Source: a virus | Lineage: Duplodnaviria; Heunggongvirae; Uroviricota; Caudoviricetes | IMG/VR virus record: IMGVR_UViG_2706794678_000007 | Direction: 5' to 3' (one strand) | DNA length: 30,068 bases | Shown: positions 7,773-16,187 of the stretch, piece by piece | Layout of the letters: each line of letters begins with the position of its first letter | Position numbering within the stretch: the first letter of the stretch is position 1 | The notes under the pieces: model-generated | Databases searched by the model: none | Told to the model about the DNA's origin: nothing | Seen by the model: the letters and a program-made list of their open reading frames with translations, nothing else | Program-made: the position numbers and the translations under genes

Positions 7773-8201
7773 ATGGGTTTTCGTAGCGCATCAATTCTTA
7801 CGTTGATTATTAGTGGGATTATTATCGGGTGCACTGATGCTGTATCGACAAATTATCATGACCGTACATCATATTACTCCGATAAAGCAATAGAGACACA
7901 GTATGTGAGTTCATCTGAACGTACTTCTGATGTTAGTGAGGATATCCGTCTGTATGCCCATCAAATCAAGAGCGCCATCGAAAAACAGTTCGGGGATGCG
8001 AGTAAGTATTCAGGAAAAGAGTGTACACTGAGAATGCATATGGCCCCGAATGGCCTTCTACTGGAGGTTAAAAGAGAAAGTGGAGACCTCGATTTATGTC
8101 GTGAAGCGATGAATGCGATAAAGAATGCTGATATACCTGCCCCCCCTTCGCCGGAAGTATATAAAGTATTTCAAAATGGGGTGCTGGATTTTAAACCCTG
8201 A
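7773..8201 (+). CDS. lipoprotein with TolA C-terminal (domain III)-like domain
   Basis: Signal peptide plus lipobox (IIIGC). C-terminal …YAHQIKSAIEKQFGDASKYSGKECTLRMHMAPNGLLLEVK…PPSPEVYKVFQNGVLDFKP closely parallels E. coli TolA domain III (…CTLRIKLAPDG…PPSQAVYEVFKNAPLDFKP, from memory). Confidence 0.8.
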   Translation: MGFRSASILTLIISGIIIGCTDAVSTNYHDRTSYYSDKAIETQYVSSSERTSDVSEDIRLYAHQIKSAIEKQFGDASKYSGKECTLRMHMAPNGLLLEVKRESGDLDLCREAMNAIKNADIPAPPSPEVYKVFQNGVLDFKP

Positions 8202-8351
8202 TATTTATTGTTTTGTAATAAACGGTTTCGGCTTAGGTTTGTTCTGACACAGCTACGGCACTGAGCTAAATTTAGCGGATAGTCAGCTCTGAGCCAGTGG
8301 CGGACGTAACAACTACTATTGCTGAGATTTTAATGGATTGAGGAGCAAGAA

Positions 8352-8747
8352 GTGGGATTAAAGAAAATCGTTATGTTGACTTTTTGGGTCGGTTTTGTTG
8401 CGGGATGCACACCTTTACACCCTTCAGATTGCCACAAAACTACTGCTACAGGTAGTTGCAGTTCAGGACGCTGGGATGATCAGGATGAATGGGGGGCGCA
8501 AGCGCGGGGAATCAGAGCTGCAATTAATGCCAAACTTGATGAGCCGCATAACTGGAAAGGGAAAAAATGCAGGTTGCATATGGAATTCTCTCAGGATGGC
8601 ACGGCGTTAAAAATATCTACCAGTAACGGTGATAAAGCCTATTGCGAAGCGATAAAGTCCGCAGCTCATAAAGCCAAATTTCCGGCCTTCAACAATCCGG
8701 AAGTCTACAGAGATTTTCAGAAATCTGGCTTTGACATGCGAGGTTAG
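8352..8747 (+). CDS. lipoprotein, paralog of the upstream gene, TolA domain III-like
   Basis: GTG at 8352 with GAGGAG at 8340-8345 (6-nt spacer). Lipobox (VAGC). C-terminal KKCRLHMEFSQDGTALKIS…NNPEVYRDFQKSGFDM aligns with the upstream protein and with the TolA III pattern. Confidence 0.75.
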   Translation: MGLKKIVMLTFWVGFVAGCTPLHPSDCHKTTATGSCSSGRWDDQDEWGAQARGIRAAINAKLDEPHNWKGKKCRLHMEFSQDGTALKISTSNGDKAYCEAIKSAAHKAKFPAFNNPEVYRDFQKSGFDMRG

Positions 8748-8872
8748 CTCTTCAATTACTATATCTCATTCATAGCAAACTGACAGATTTGATGATGTTC
8801 TATATACGAAACCTGTGATGTCAAGTCTGAGCTAATACAAATAAACATAATATCAGAGAAATACATTTTATT

Positions 8873-8896
8873 AGCTCGCTACGGCGAGCTTTTTAT
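8873..8896 (+). terminator. rho-independent terminator after the lipoprotein pair
   Basis: AGCTCGC-TACG-GCGAGCT hairpin followed by TTTTTAT. Confidence 0.5.
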
Positions 8897-8998
8897 ATTG
8901 CATCGTCTCCAGCATATATATCAATTAAGGCTCTGATTGATGTGTCTGAAAGCCTACACATAATAACTATGCCATCCGTTCCGTGCGGAGGTGAGGCT

Positions 8999-9214
8999 AT
9001 GAAATCCATGGACAAAATTTCAACAGGCATTGCCTACGGCACCTCCGCAGGCAGTGCTGGCTACTGGTTTTTACAGTTGCTCGATAGAGTAACTCCGTCA
9101 CAGTGGGCTGCAATCGGTGTGCTGGGTAGTCTGGTATTTGGCCTGCTGACGTACCTGACAAACCTTTATTTCAAGATTAAAGAAGATAAGCGCAAGGCTG
9201 CGAGAGGTGAATAA
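8999..9214 (+). CDS. S: class II holin, phage 21 S-type pinholin (dual-start MKSM motif)
   Basis: 71 aa ([29 protein letters not shown]…[11 protein letters not shown]), two TMDs and a charged C-terminus. Start trimmed from ORF-track 8942; GGAGG upstream. Overlaps the endolysin start by 1 nt. Confidence 0.9.
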   Translation: MKSMDKISTGIAYGTSAGSAGYWFLQLLDRVTPSQWAAIGVLGSLVFGLLTYLTNLYFKIKEDKRKAARGE

Positions 9215-9711
9215 TGCCTCCATCATTACGAAAAGTCGTTGCTGCTGCTATTGGTGGCGGAGCAATTGCTATAGCATCAGTGTTAATCACTGGCCCAAGT
9301 GGTAACGATGGTCTGGAAGGTGTCAGCTACATACCATACAAAGATATTGTTGGTGTATGGACTGTATGTCACGGGCATACAGGAAAAGACATCATGCTCG
9401 GTAAAACGTATACCAAAGCAGAATGCAAAACACTCTTGAATAAAGACCTTGCCACTGTCGCCAGACAAATTAACCCGTACATCAAAGTCGATATACCGGA
9501 AACAACGCGCGGCGCTCTTTACTCGTTCGTTTACAACGTGGGCGCTGGCAATTTCAGAACATCGACGCTTCTTCGCAAAATAAACCAGGGCTATATCAAA
9601 GGCGCATGTGATCAGCTACGTCGCTGGACATATGCTGGCGGTAAGCAATGGAAAGGTCTCATGACTCGTCGTGAGATTGAGCGTGAAGTCTGTTTGTGGG
9701 GGCAACAATGA
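9214..9711 (+). CDS. R: SAR endolysin (phage 21 R-type lysozyme)
   Basis: 165 aa. N-terminal hydrophobic Gly/Ala-rich SAR segment ([20 protein letters not shown]), then an E-x8-D-x5-T lysozyme motif. Confidence 0.9.
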   Translation: MPPSLRKVVAAAIGGGAIAIASVLITGPSGNDGLEGVSYIPYKDIVGVWTVCHGHTGKDIMLGKTYTKAECKTLLNKDLATVARQINPYIKVDIPETTRGALYSFVYNVGAGNFRTSTLLRKINQGYIKGACDQLRRWTYAGGKQWKGLMTRREIEREVCLWGQQ

Positions 9712-10172
9712 GCAGAGTAACCGCGATTATCTCCGCTCTGGTTATCTGCATCATCGTCTGCCTGTCATGGGCTGTTAATCATTACCGTGATAACGCCATT
9801 ACCTACAAAGCCCAGCGCGACAAAAATGCCAGAGAACTGAAGCTGGCGAACGCGGCAATTACTGACATGCAGCAGAGACAGCGTGATGTTAATGCACTCG
9901 ATGCTAAATACACGAAGGAGTTAGCTGATGCGAAAGCTGAAAATGATGCTCTGCGTGATGATGTTGCCGCTGGTCGTCGTCGGTTGCACATCAAAGCAGT
10001 CTGTCAGTCAGTGCGTGAAGCCACCACCGCCTCCGGCGTGGATAATGCAGCCTCCCCCCGACTGGCAGACACCGCTGAACGGGATTATTTCACCCTCCGG
10101 GAACGACTGGTAATGATGCAGGCCCAACTTGAAGGTGCTCAGCAATACATAACCGAGCAGTGTTTAAAGTAA
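9708..10172 (+). CDS. Rz: i-spanin Rz
   Basis: ATG 9708 overlaps the endolysin stop. N-terminal TMD then coiled-coil-like charged region; embedded Rz1 in the +1 frame. Confidence 0.85.
   Translation: MSRVTAIISALVICIIVCLSWAVNHYRDNAITYKAQRDKNARELKLANAAITDMQQRQRDVNALDAKYTKELADAKAENDALRDDVAAGRRRLHIKAVCQSVREATTASGVDNAASPRLADTAERDYFTLRERLVMMQAQLEGAQQYITEQCLK
9928..10113 (+). CDS. Rz1: o-spanin Rz1 (lipoprotein, proline-rich), embedded in Rz
   Basis: Lipobox VVGC and PPPPP tract; fully nested out of frame within Rz, the classic arrangement. Confidence 0.8.
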   Translation: MRKLKMMLCVMMLPLVVVGCTSKQSVSQCVKPPPPPAWIMQPPPDWQTPLNGIISPSGNDW

Positions 10173-10309
10173 AATCTTAACTACAATATGATTCATTTTG
10201 ATGATTGTTTCATAAGGAACAGTGAAGTAAGATCTAAGAGGAGTTAAATTTTATACAGTATAATCATAATATTGCAGCAAGGTGGTTATAATTGAAAGAA
10301 TATTTAGAT

Positions 10310-11767
10310 ATGAATACATCTCATGTAAGAGTTGTTACTCATATGTGTGGGTTCCTGGTTTGGCTCTATAGTCTTTCAATGTTGCCACCAATGGTTGTAG
10401 CATTGTTTTATAAAGAAAAAAGCCTGTTCGTTTTCTTTATAACTTTCGTTATATTTTTTTGCATTGGTGGCGGAGCGTGGTATACAACTAAGAAATCTGG
10501 CATTCAATTACGTACCCGTGATGGGTTTATTATAATTGTAATGTTTTGGATTTTGTTTTCTGTTATTAGTGCATTCCCTTTATGGATTGACTCAGAACTT
10601 AATTTAACGTTCATTGATGCTCTGTTTGAAGGGGTTTCTGGAATAACAACAACAGGAGCAACTGTAATTGATGATGTTAGTTCATTACCTCGGGCATATT
10701 TGTACTATCGGTCACAGTTAAATTTTATAGGTGGTTTAGGAGTTATTGTTCTGGCGGTTGCAGTATTGCCATTATTGGGTATTGGTGGTGCAAAGCTTTA
10801 TCAGTCAGAAATGCCGGGGCCATTTAAGGATGACAAACTCACTCCCCGCCTGGCCGATACGTCACGGACACTGTGGATAACTTATTCTTTATTAGGTATT
10901 GCTTGTATTGTCTGTTATAGACTTGCAGGAATGCCTTTGTTTGATGCTATTTGTCACGGGATTTCCACAGTTTCGCTTGGTGGTTTCTCAACTCATAGCG
11001 AGAGTATCGGATATTTTAATAACTATTTGGTTGAGCTGGTGGCTGGTTCTTTTTCCCTGCTATCGGCTTTCAACTTCACTCTTTGGTATATTGTTATTAG
11101 CAGAAAAACGATAAAACCTTTAATCAGAGATATTGAACTTCGTTTCTTTCTGTTAATAGCCTTAGGGGTGATCATTGTTACCTCTTTCCAGGTCTGGCAT
11201 ATAGGTATGTATGACTTGCATGGAAGTTTTATTCATTCGTTTTTTCTTGCCAGCTCCATGCTCACTGATAATGGTTTAGCTACGCAGGATTATGCAAACT
11301 GGCCCACGCACACGATAGTGTTTTTGCTGTTGTCAAGTTTCTTTGGGGGATGTATAGGTTCAACCTGTGGTGGAATTAAGTCACTTCGATTTCTTATACT
11401 TTTCAAACAAAGCAAACACGAGATAAATCAGCTTTCTCATCCCAGAGCGTTGTTGAGTGTAAATGTAGGAGGGAAGATAGTTACAGATCGTGTAATGAGG
11501 TCTGTATGGAGTTTCTTTTTTCTTTATACTCTCTTCACGGTGTTTTTTATACTGGTGTTAAATGGTATGGGATATGATTTTCTTACATCATTTGCAACAG
11601 TGGCTGCATGTATTAATAATATGGGATTAGGTTTTGGGGCTACTGCATCGTCATTCGGAGTGCTTAATGACATTGCAAAATATTTAATGTGCATAGCTAT
11701 GATTCTTGGTCGCCTTGAAATTTATCCTGTTATTATATTGTTTTCAGGTTTTTTTTGGCGCTCCTAA
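10310..11767 (+). CDS. trkG: Trk-system K+ uptake protein TrkG (TrkH/TrkG family)
   Basis: 485-aa polytopic membrane protein with repeated glycine-containing selectivity-filter-like segments (TTTGATV, LGIGGAK, STVSLGGFST, NNMGLGFG). Recognised as TrkG, known to be prophage (Rac)-encoded in E. coli K-12. Start at ATG 10310 (MNTSH…); the ORF-track TTG at 10292 has a better SD and is a possible alternative. Confidence 0.93.
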   Translation: MNTSHVRVVTHMCGFLVWLYSLSMLPPMVVALFYKEKSLFVFFITFVIFFCIGGGAWYTTKKSGIQLRTRDGFIIIVMFWILFSVISAFPLWIDSELNLTFIDALFEGVSGITTTGATVIDDVSSLPRAYLYYRSQLNFIGGLGVIVLAVAVLPLLGIGGAKLYQSEMPGPFKDDKLTPRLADTSRTLWITYSLLGIACIVCYRLAGMPLFDAICHGISTVSLGGFSTHSESIGYFNNYLVELVAGSFSLLSAFNFTLWYIVISRKTIKPLIRDIELRFFLLIALGVIIVTSFQVWHIGMYDLHGSFIHSFFLASSMLTDNGLATQDYANWPTHTIVFLLLSSFFGGCIGSTCGGIKSLRFLILFKQSKHEINQLSHPRALLSVNVGGKIVTDRVMRSVWSFFFLYTLFTVFFILVLNGMGYDFLTSFATVAACINNMGLGFGATASSFGVLNDIAKYLMCIAMILGRLEIYPVIILFSGFFWRS

Positions 11768-11853
11768 TATATGGCTGATTTATAATTGTGAGTTTAATAT
11801 TATGTTGACTCACTCATTGATCCAATACCTAACTTTACCAGCAACACCTCCGC

Positions 11854-11888
11854 CCCCAGTAGCACTGGCTGCTGGGGTGCGTTTTATT
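11854..11888 (+). terminator. terminator-like hairpin after trkG
   Basis: CCCCAGTAGC-ACTG-GCTGCTGGGG (one mismatch) followed by a T-rich tail. Confidence 0.4.
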
Positions 11889-11904
11889 CATAAAGCAAGG
11901 CTGT

Positions 11905-12693
11905 ATGAGCGAGAAATTAAAGATAGTCTATCGCCCATTACAAGAATTGTCACCGTATGCGCACAACGCCAGGACGCACAGTACTGAGCAGGTGGCACAA
12001 CTGGTAGAAAGTATTAAGCAATTCGGCTGGACTAATCCGGTGCTGATTGACGAAAAGGGCGAAATTATTGCGGGTCACGGTCGTGTTATGGCGGCTGAAA
12101 TGCTCAAAATGGATTCTGTTCCGGTCATTGTTCTGTCTGGCCTGACGGATGAGCAGAAAAAGGCGTACCGCCTGGCAGATAATCGCCTGCCGATGAATGC
12201 TGGCTGGGATGAAGATCTGTTGCGGATGGAGCTGTCGGACCTAATCAATGCTGATTTTGATGTCTCCCTGACAGGCTTCATCCCGGCAGAAATTGATGAA
12301 CTGTTGACGGATGTTTTGCCCGGTACAGGAAATGAGGAGGAGCCGTATACGACGAAAATTGATACGCCTGTTTATGAGCCGTCAGGCGGTAAACCGGATA
12401 TCAGTGAACTGTACGACGATACGAAAACTCAGGAGCTGATCAGCCGGATACGTTCGGCGTCCCTTGATCCTGATATTGAGAAATTCCTCCTGTGTGCAGC
12501 AGAACGTCACACGGTGTTTAATTTCAGCAGAATTGCGGACTATTACGCTCATGCCCCCGCTGAAATTCAGTGCCTTTTCGAGGAGTCGGCGCTGGTGATC
12601 ATTGATTATCAGCAGGCTATTGAAAATGGATTTGTCCGAATGACGCAGCGCATGGTGGAGATCATGCATGGCGGGGAGGAGGAATATGCGTGA
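11905..12693 (+). CDS. ParB-like nuclease domain protein (YnaK-like, full length)
   Basis: N-terminal ParB/Srx-type motif (…IIAGHGRVMAA…). Sits between trkG and the terminase genes, as in Rac. Confidence 0.8.
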   Translation: MSEKLKIVYRPLQELSPYAHNARTHSTEQVAQLVESIKQFGWTNPVLIDEKGEIIAGHGRVMAAEMLKMDSVPVIVLSGLTDEQKKAYRLADNRLPMNAGWDEDLLRMELSDLINADFDVSLTGFIPAEIDELLTDVLPGTGNEEEPYTTKIDTPVYEPSGGKPDISELYDDTKTQELISRIRSASLDPDIEKFLLCAAERHTVFNFSRIADYYAHAPAEIQCLFEESALVIIDYQQAIENGFVRMTQRMVEIMHGGEEEYA

Positions 12694-13618
12694 TGATTTT
12701 TGCGCCTTTATTCTGACTCACGGGCGACCGGACAAAGTTCTGACTTACCGGACGTTGCGTCGTGCTGGCTATACCGGGAAAATTTTTATCGTTGTTGATG
12801 ATGAAGATAAGACACGGCATCAGTACATGGCTGAATTTGGTGAACAGGTGCTGGTATTTTCCAAAGCCGATATTGCTAGTCGTTTTGACGAAGCCGATAA
12901 TTTTAGTGACCGCCGCTCAATTTTTTACGCCCGTAATGCCTGTTTCGACCAGGCAAAACTGGTCGGGTGTAAATACTTCATTCAGCTCGATGATGATTAT
13001 CACGAGTTCCAGTTTCGGGTGGATCGCAACTATGACCAGGCCTATTTCCCGATAAGGAAACTGGATGAGATCCTTTCTGAAATGCTTGCGTACTACGAAT
13101 CAATACCTGCTCTTTCCATCGCTATGTCGCAGGGCGGGGATTTTCTTGGTGACAATGGCGGCCATGCTTCGTGGGTGAAACGCAAGGCAATGAACAGCTT
13201 TATCTGTTCGGTTGATCGACCGTTCTCATTCATGGGGCGCATTAACGAGGATGTGAATACGTACACGAATCTCGGTCGCTGTGGTGAATTGTTTATGACG
13301 ATCGGTGCTGTCCAGTTAGGGCAGAAACAGACGCAGAAAAACAGCGGCGGAATGACCGAGCTGTATCTGGATTCCGGAACCTACGTTAAAAGTTTTTACT
13401 CCGTCATGTATGCGCCGTCGTGCGTAAAAATCTCACTTATGGGTGCCAGTCATAAACGCATTCACCATCAGGTCACCTGGAACAACGCTGCAGTAAAAAT
13501 CCTTCACGAAAAATACAGGAAGAAGACACCCTGCATATCAATGGGGGTGACAAATGATTCCGTATTCGAAAGTCGAGTCTCTGGCAGCGTGCCGGATGAC
13601 TGCACAACAAATCGCTGA
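12686..13618 (+). CDS. hypothetical protein, possibly GT-A-like (DxD-type motif FIQLDDDY)
   Basis: ATG 12686 with GGAGG at 12676-12680, overlapping the ParB-like gene stop; ORF-track 12668..13618. Rossmann-like N-terminus and LDDD motif suggest a nucleotide-sugar transferase fold. Inference only. Confidence 0.55.
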   Translation: MRDDFCAFILTHGRPDKVLTYRTLRRAGYTGKIFIVVDDEDKTRHQYMAEFGEQVLVFSKADIASRFDEADNFSDRRSIFYARNACFDQAKLVGCKYFIQLDDDYHEFQFRVDRNYDQAYFPIRKLDEILSEMLAYYESIPALSIAMSQGGDFLGDNGGHASWVKRKAMNSFICSVDRPFSFMGRINEDVNTYTNLGRCGELFMTIGAVQLGQKQTQKNSGGMTELYLDSGTYVKSFYSVMYAPSCVKISLMGASHKRIHHQVTWNNAAVKILHEKYRKKTPCISMGVTNDSVFESRVSGSVPDDCTTNR

Positions 13619-13805
13619 CGTTCTGGATGTTGATCTGAACCGACTGAAAGAAAATCGGGAAGCAATGACAGATTTTTATGCGGCCATCCGTAAGGGCAGA
13701 GCGAAAGGTGAAGCCGAGTTACGAGCGGCATTGTTTAAGCTTGCCAGAAAAGGGGATGCCTTTGCTCTGCGCGAACTACTCAGGGTGGATAAAAATCAGG
13801 ACTAA
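13554..13805 (+). CDS. small HTH-like protein (hypothetical); start uncertain (13554 or 13596)
   Basis: 83-aa ORF overlapping the 3' end of the upstream gene; helix-turn-helix-like segment TAQQIADVLDVD; immediately precedes terS. Confidence 0.4.
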   Translation: MIPYSKVESLAACRMTAQQIADVLDVDLNRLKENREAMTDFYAAIRKGRAKGEAELRAALFKLARKGDAFALRELLRVDKNQD

Positions 13806-13808
13806 CTG

Positions 13809-14903
13809 ATGAGCAGACCGGACTGGGGGGCGTTGCAGCAGGAGTATATTGCTGAATACACCCGCTCCGGTATATCTCCGGTGGCATGGTGTGAAGCAAG
13901 GGGACTGAATTACGCAACAGCCCGTCGTTACATCAAAAAAACTCCGAAAAATGCGCAGACAGAAATGTGCAAAACTGCGCAAAAAAGTGCGCAGAAAAAA
14001 TCTGCGCAGACTGCACAAAAGCGGAACGAAAAATCTCAGGAAAAAAAGCCAGTATTCGATGCGGGCCTGAATGAGGGCGACGCGGAGGAATTTTCGTTCT
14101 GTCCCGATGAATTCGGCATTTCTGACCAGCAGGCTAAGTTTGCGATGCTTGTTGCTCAGGGTAAAAAGCCGACAGAGGCGTACCGACTAGCCGGTTATGA
14201 GGGGCAAGGTGCGACAGCTAACAGCAACGCCAGTCGTATGCTTAGAAATGCCAGGGTTTTTCGCGCTATCAGCTACTTCCGCAATCAGTACCAGAAACGC
14301 TATACCGCAGACCTGGATTTACTAGTGAGTCAGTTGATGGCTATTGTCCTGGCCGACCCCAATCAGCTTGCACAATTTCGCCGTGTTAACTGCCGTTATT
14401 GCTGGGGCGAGAATCATCTCTACCAGTGGCGCGATATAGCAGAATTCGACAAGGCAGCGGCGCAGGCTTCCAGAGATGGCAAACCCGAACCGGAATATGG
14501 AGGCCTCGGCTTTGTTGATAACGCCATACCCAATCCGGACTGCCCGAAGTGCTGCGGTGAGGGAACGGGACAGCTTTATATGGCTGATACCACTCTGCTT
14601 GATGGGGATGCGCGGCAATTATATGCAGGGGCAAAATTCGGAAAATTCGGCGTTGAGATCCTGCTGGAGGATAAGGCTGCCGCCCGGCGTGAATTGTTGC
14701 GTTTGTTTTCTGCTGGCGGGGCTTTATGTGCAGATAAGCGGCTACGGGAACTGGAAATTGAACGGCGCAGAATGGAAAACCAGAAGCTGCGCAAAGAGAT
14801 CGAAACGGTGGAAGATAATGAACATCCCCAGCCTGTGGCGATCAATATTAATGTGGTTGATGCCAGAGTAAGGAGTGATGAAGATGATCTCTCCGACGCT
14901 TAA
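13809..14903 (+). CDS. terS: terminase small subunit
   Basis: Directly upstream of and overlapping terL; N-terminal HTH-like region, Lys/Gln-rich repetitive linker, Cys cluster (CRYCWG…CPKCCGEG), C-terminal coiled-coil. Confidence 0.75.
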   Translation: MSRPDWGALQQEYIAEYTRSGISPVAWCEARGLNYATARRYIKKTPKNAQTEMCKTAQKSAQKKSAQTAQKRNEKSQEKKPVFDAGLNEGDAEEFSFCPDEFGISDQQAKFAMLVAQGKKPTEAYRLAGYEGQGATANSNASRMLRNARVFRAISYFRNQYQKRYTADLDLLVSQLMAIVLADPNQLAQFRRVNCRYCWGENHLYQWRDIAEFDKAAAQASRDGKPEPEYGGLGFVDNAIPNPDCPKCCGEGTGQLYMADTTLLDGDARQLYAGAKFGKFGVEILLEDKAAARRELLRLFSAGGALCADKRLRELEIERRRMENQKLRKEIETVEDNEHPQPVAININVVDARVRSDEDDLSDA

Positions 14904-16185
14904 TGTGCCTCAGGCGCGATTTCTTTCAATGCCCCATAAATTTAAAGCCTATATTGCTGGTTTTGGCTCGGGCAAAACATGGGTTGGGTGTGGCGGCATA
15001 TGCAAGGGGATTTGGGAGCATCCAGGTATAAATCAGGGATATTTTGCGCCAACGTATCCCCAAATTCGCGATATTTTTTACCCTACAGTGGAAGAAGTTG
15101 CTGCTGACTGGGGATTGAACGTAAAAATTAATGAGGGAAATAAAGAGGTTCACTTTTATTACGGACGCCAGTATCGGGGAACCACTATCTGCAGATCGAT
15201 GGAGAAGCCACAAACGATCGTCGGTTTCAAAATTGGTAATGCGTTGGTGGATGAACTGGACATTTTGCCGAAGGAAAAAGCCAGAACGGCGTGGCGCAAG
15301 ATAATTGCACGTATGCGTTATAAGATTGATGGACTTCGCAACGGTATTGACGTTACAACCACGCCGGAAGGATTCAAATTTGTCTACGAGCAGTTTGTTA
15401 AAGCCGTGCGTGAAAAAACAGAGCTGGCCTCACTGTATGGTCTGGTGCAGGCATCTACTTTCGATAATGAAAAGAACCTGCCAGCAGATTACATTCCTTC
15501 GCTTCTTGAATCATACCCTCCAGAGCTGATTAAAGCCTATCTTCGAGGACAGTTTACTAACCTGACAAGTGGTACTGTTTACCATCAGTTTGACCGGAAA
15601 CTGAATAATTGCGAAGAAGTGGAGCAGCCAGGGGAGCCGATTTATATTGGGATGGATTTTAACGTTGGAAAGATGGCGGGAATCGTCCATGTGCTGCGTT
15701 TGGGGCTTCCATGTGCGGTAACTGAAATCATCAATGCCTACGATACGCCGGATATGATCCGCATCATTAAAGAACGCTTCTGGCTGTATGATGGGAATGA
15801 TTACCGGAAAGTGAGGGAAATTTATATTTATCCAGATGCTTCCGGGGATTCCAGAAAATCAAGTAACGCAAGTACGACGGATATAGCCCAGCTTAAGCAG
15901 GCTGGTTTTAACGTTGTGGTGAACAGCTCGAACCCGCCAGTAAAAGATCGCGTTAACTCAATGAATGCAATGTTCTGCAATGCCAATGGTGAGCGTCGCT
16001 ATAAAGTTAATGTGAAGCGTTGCCCGTTATATGCCGAATCTCTGGAGCAACAGGTCTGGGATGAGAAGGGGGAGCCTGATAAAAAATCTGGCAATGATCA
16101 CCCGAATGATGCCGGAGGTTATTTCATCGTTAAGCAATTCCCTATTGTCAAACCGACCGGAAGAGTCACATCACTTCGGATTTAA
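14884..16185 (+). CDS. terL: terminase large subunit
   Basis: Walker A-like motif GFGSGKT near the N-terminus; size and position before portal. Start ATG 14884 chosen for SD AAGGAG (14870-14875) spacing; the ORF-track GTG 14875 is too close to the SD. Confidence 0.9.
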   Translation: MISPTLNVPQARFLSMPHKFKAYIAGFGSGKTWVGCGGICKGIWEHPGINQGYFAPTYPQIRDIFYPTVEEVAADWGLNVKINEGNKEVHFYYGRQYRGTTICRSMEKPQTIVGFKIGNALVDELDILPKEKARTAWRKIIARMRYKIDGLRNGIDVTTTPEGFKFVYEQFVKAVREKTELASLYGLVQASTFDNEKNLPADYIPSLLESYPPELIKAYLRGQFTNLTSGTVYHQFDRKLNNCEEVEQPGEPIYIGMDFNVGKMAGIVHVLRLGLPCAVTEIINAYDTPDMIRIIKERFWLYDGNDYRKVREIYIYPDASGDSRKSSNASTTDIAQLKQAGFNVVVNSSNPPVKDRVNSMNAMFCNANGERRYKVNVKRCPLYAESLEQQVWDEKGEPDKKSGNDHPNDAGGYFIVKQFPIVKPTGRVTSLRI

Positions 16186-16187
16186 TT

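Noticed and set aside
10292-10309. TTG start extending TrkG by 6 codons.
   Set aside because: It has a good SD (AAGGTGG), but the 485-aa product from ATG 10310 matches the TrkG N-terminus I remember (MNTSHV…); kept as an alternative only.
11706-11987. 93-aa ORF spanning the trkG 3' end, terminator and the ParB-like gene start.
   Set aside because: Overlaps two supported genes and a terminator hairpin; no RBS.
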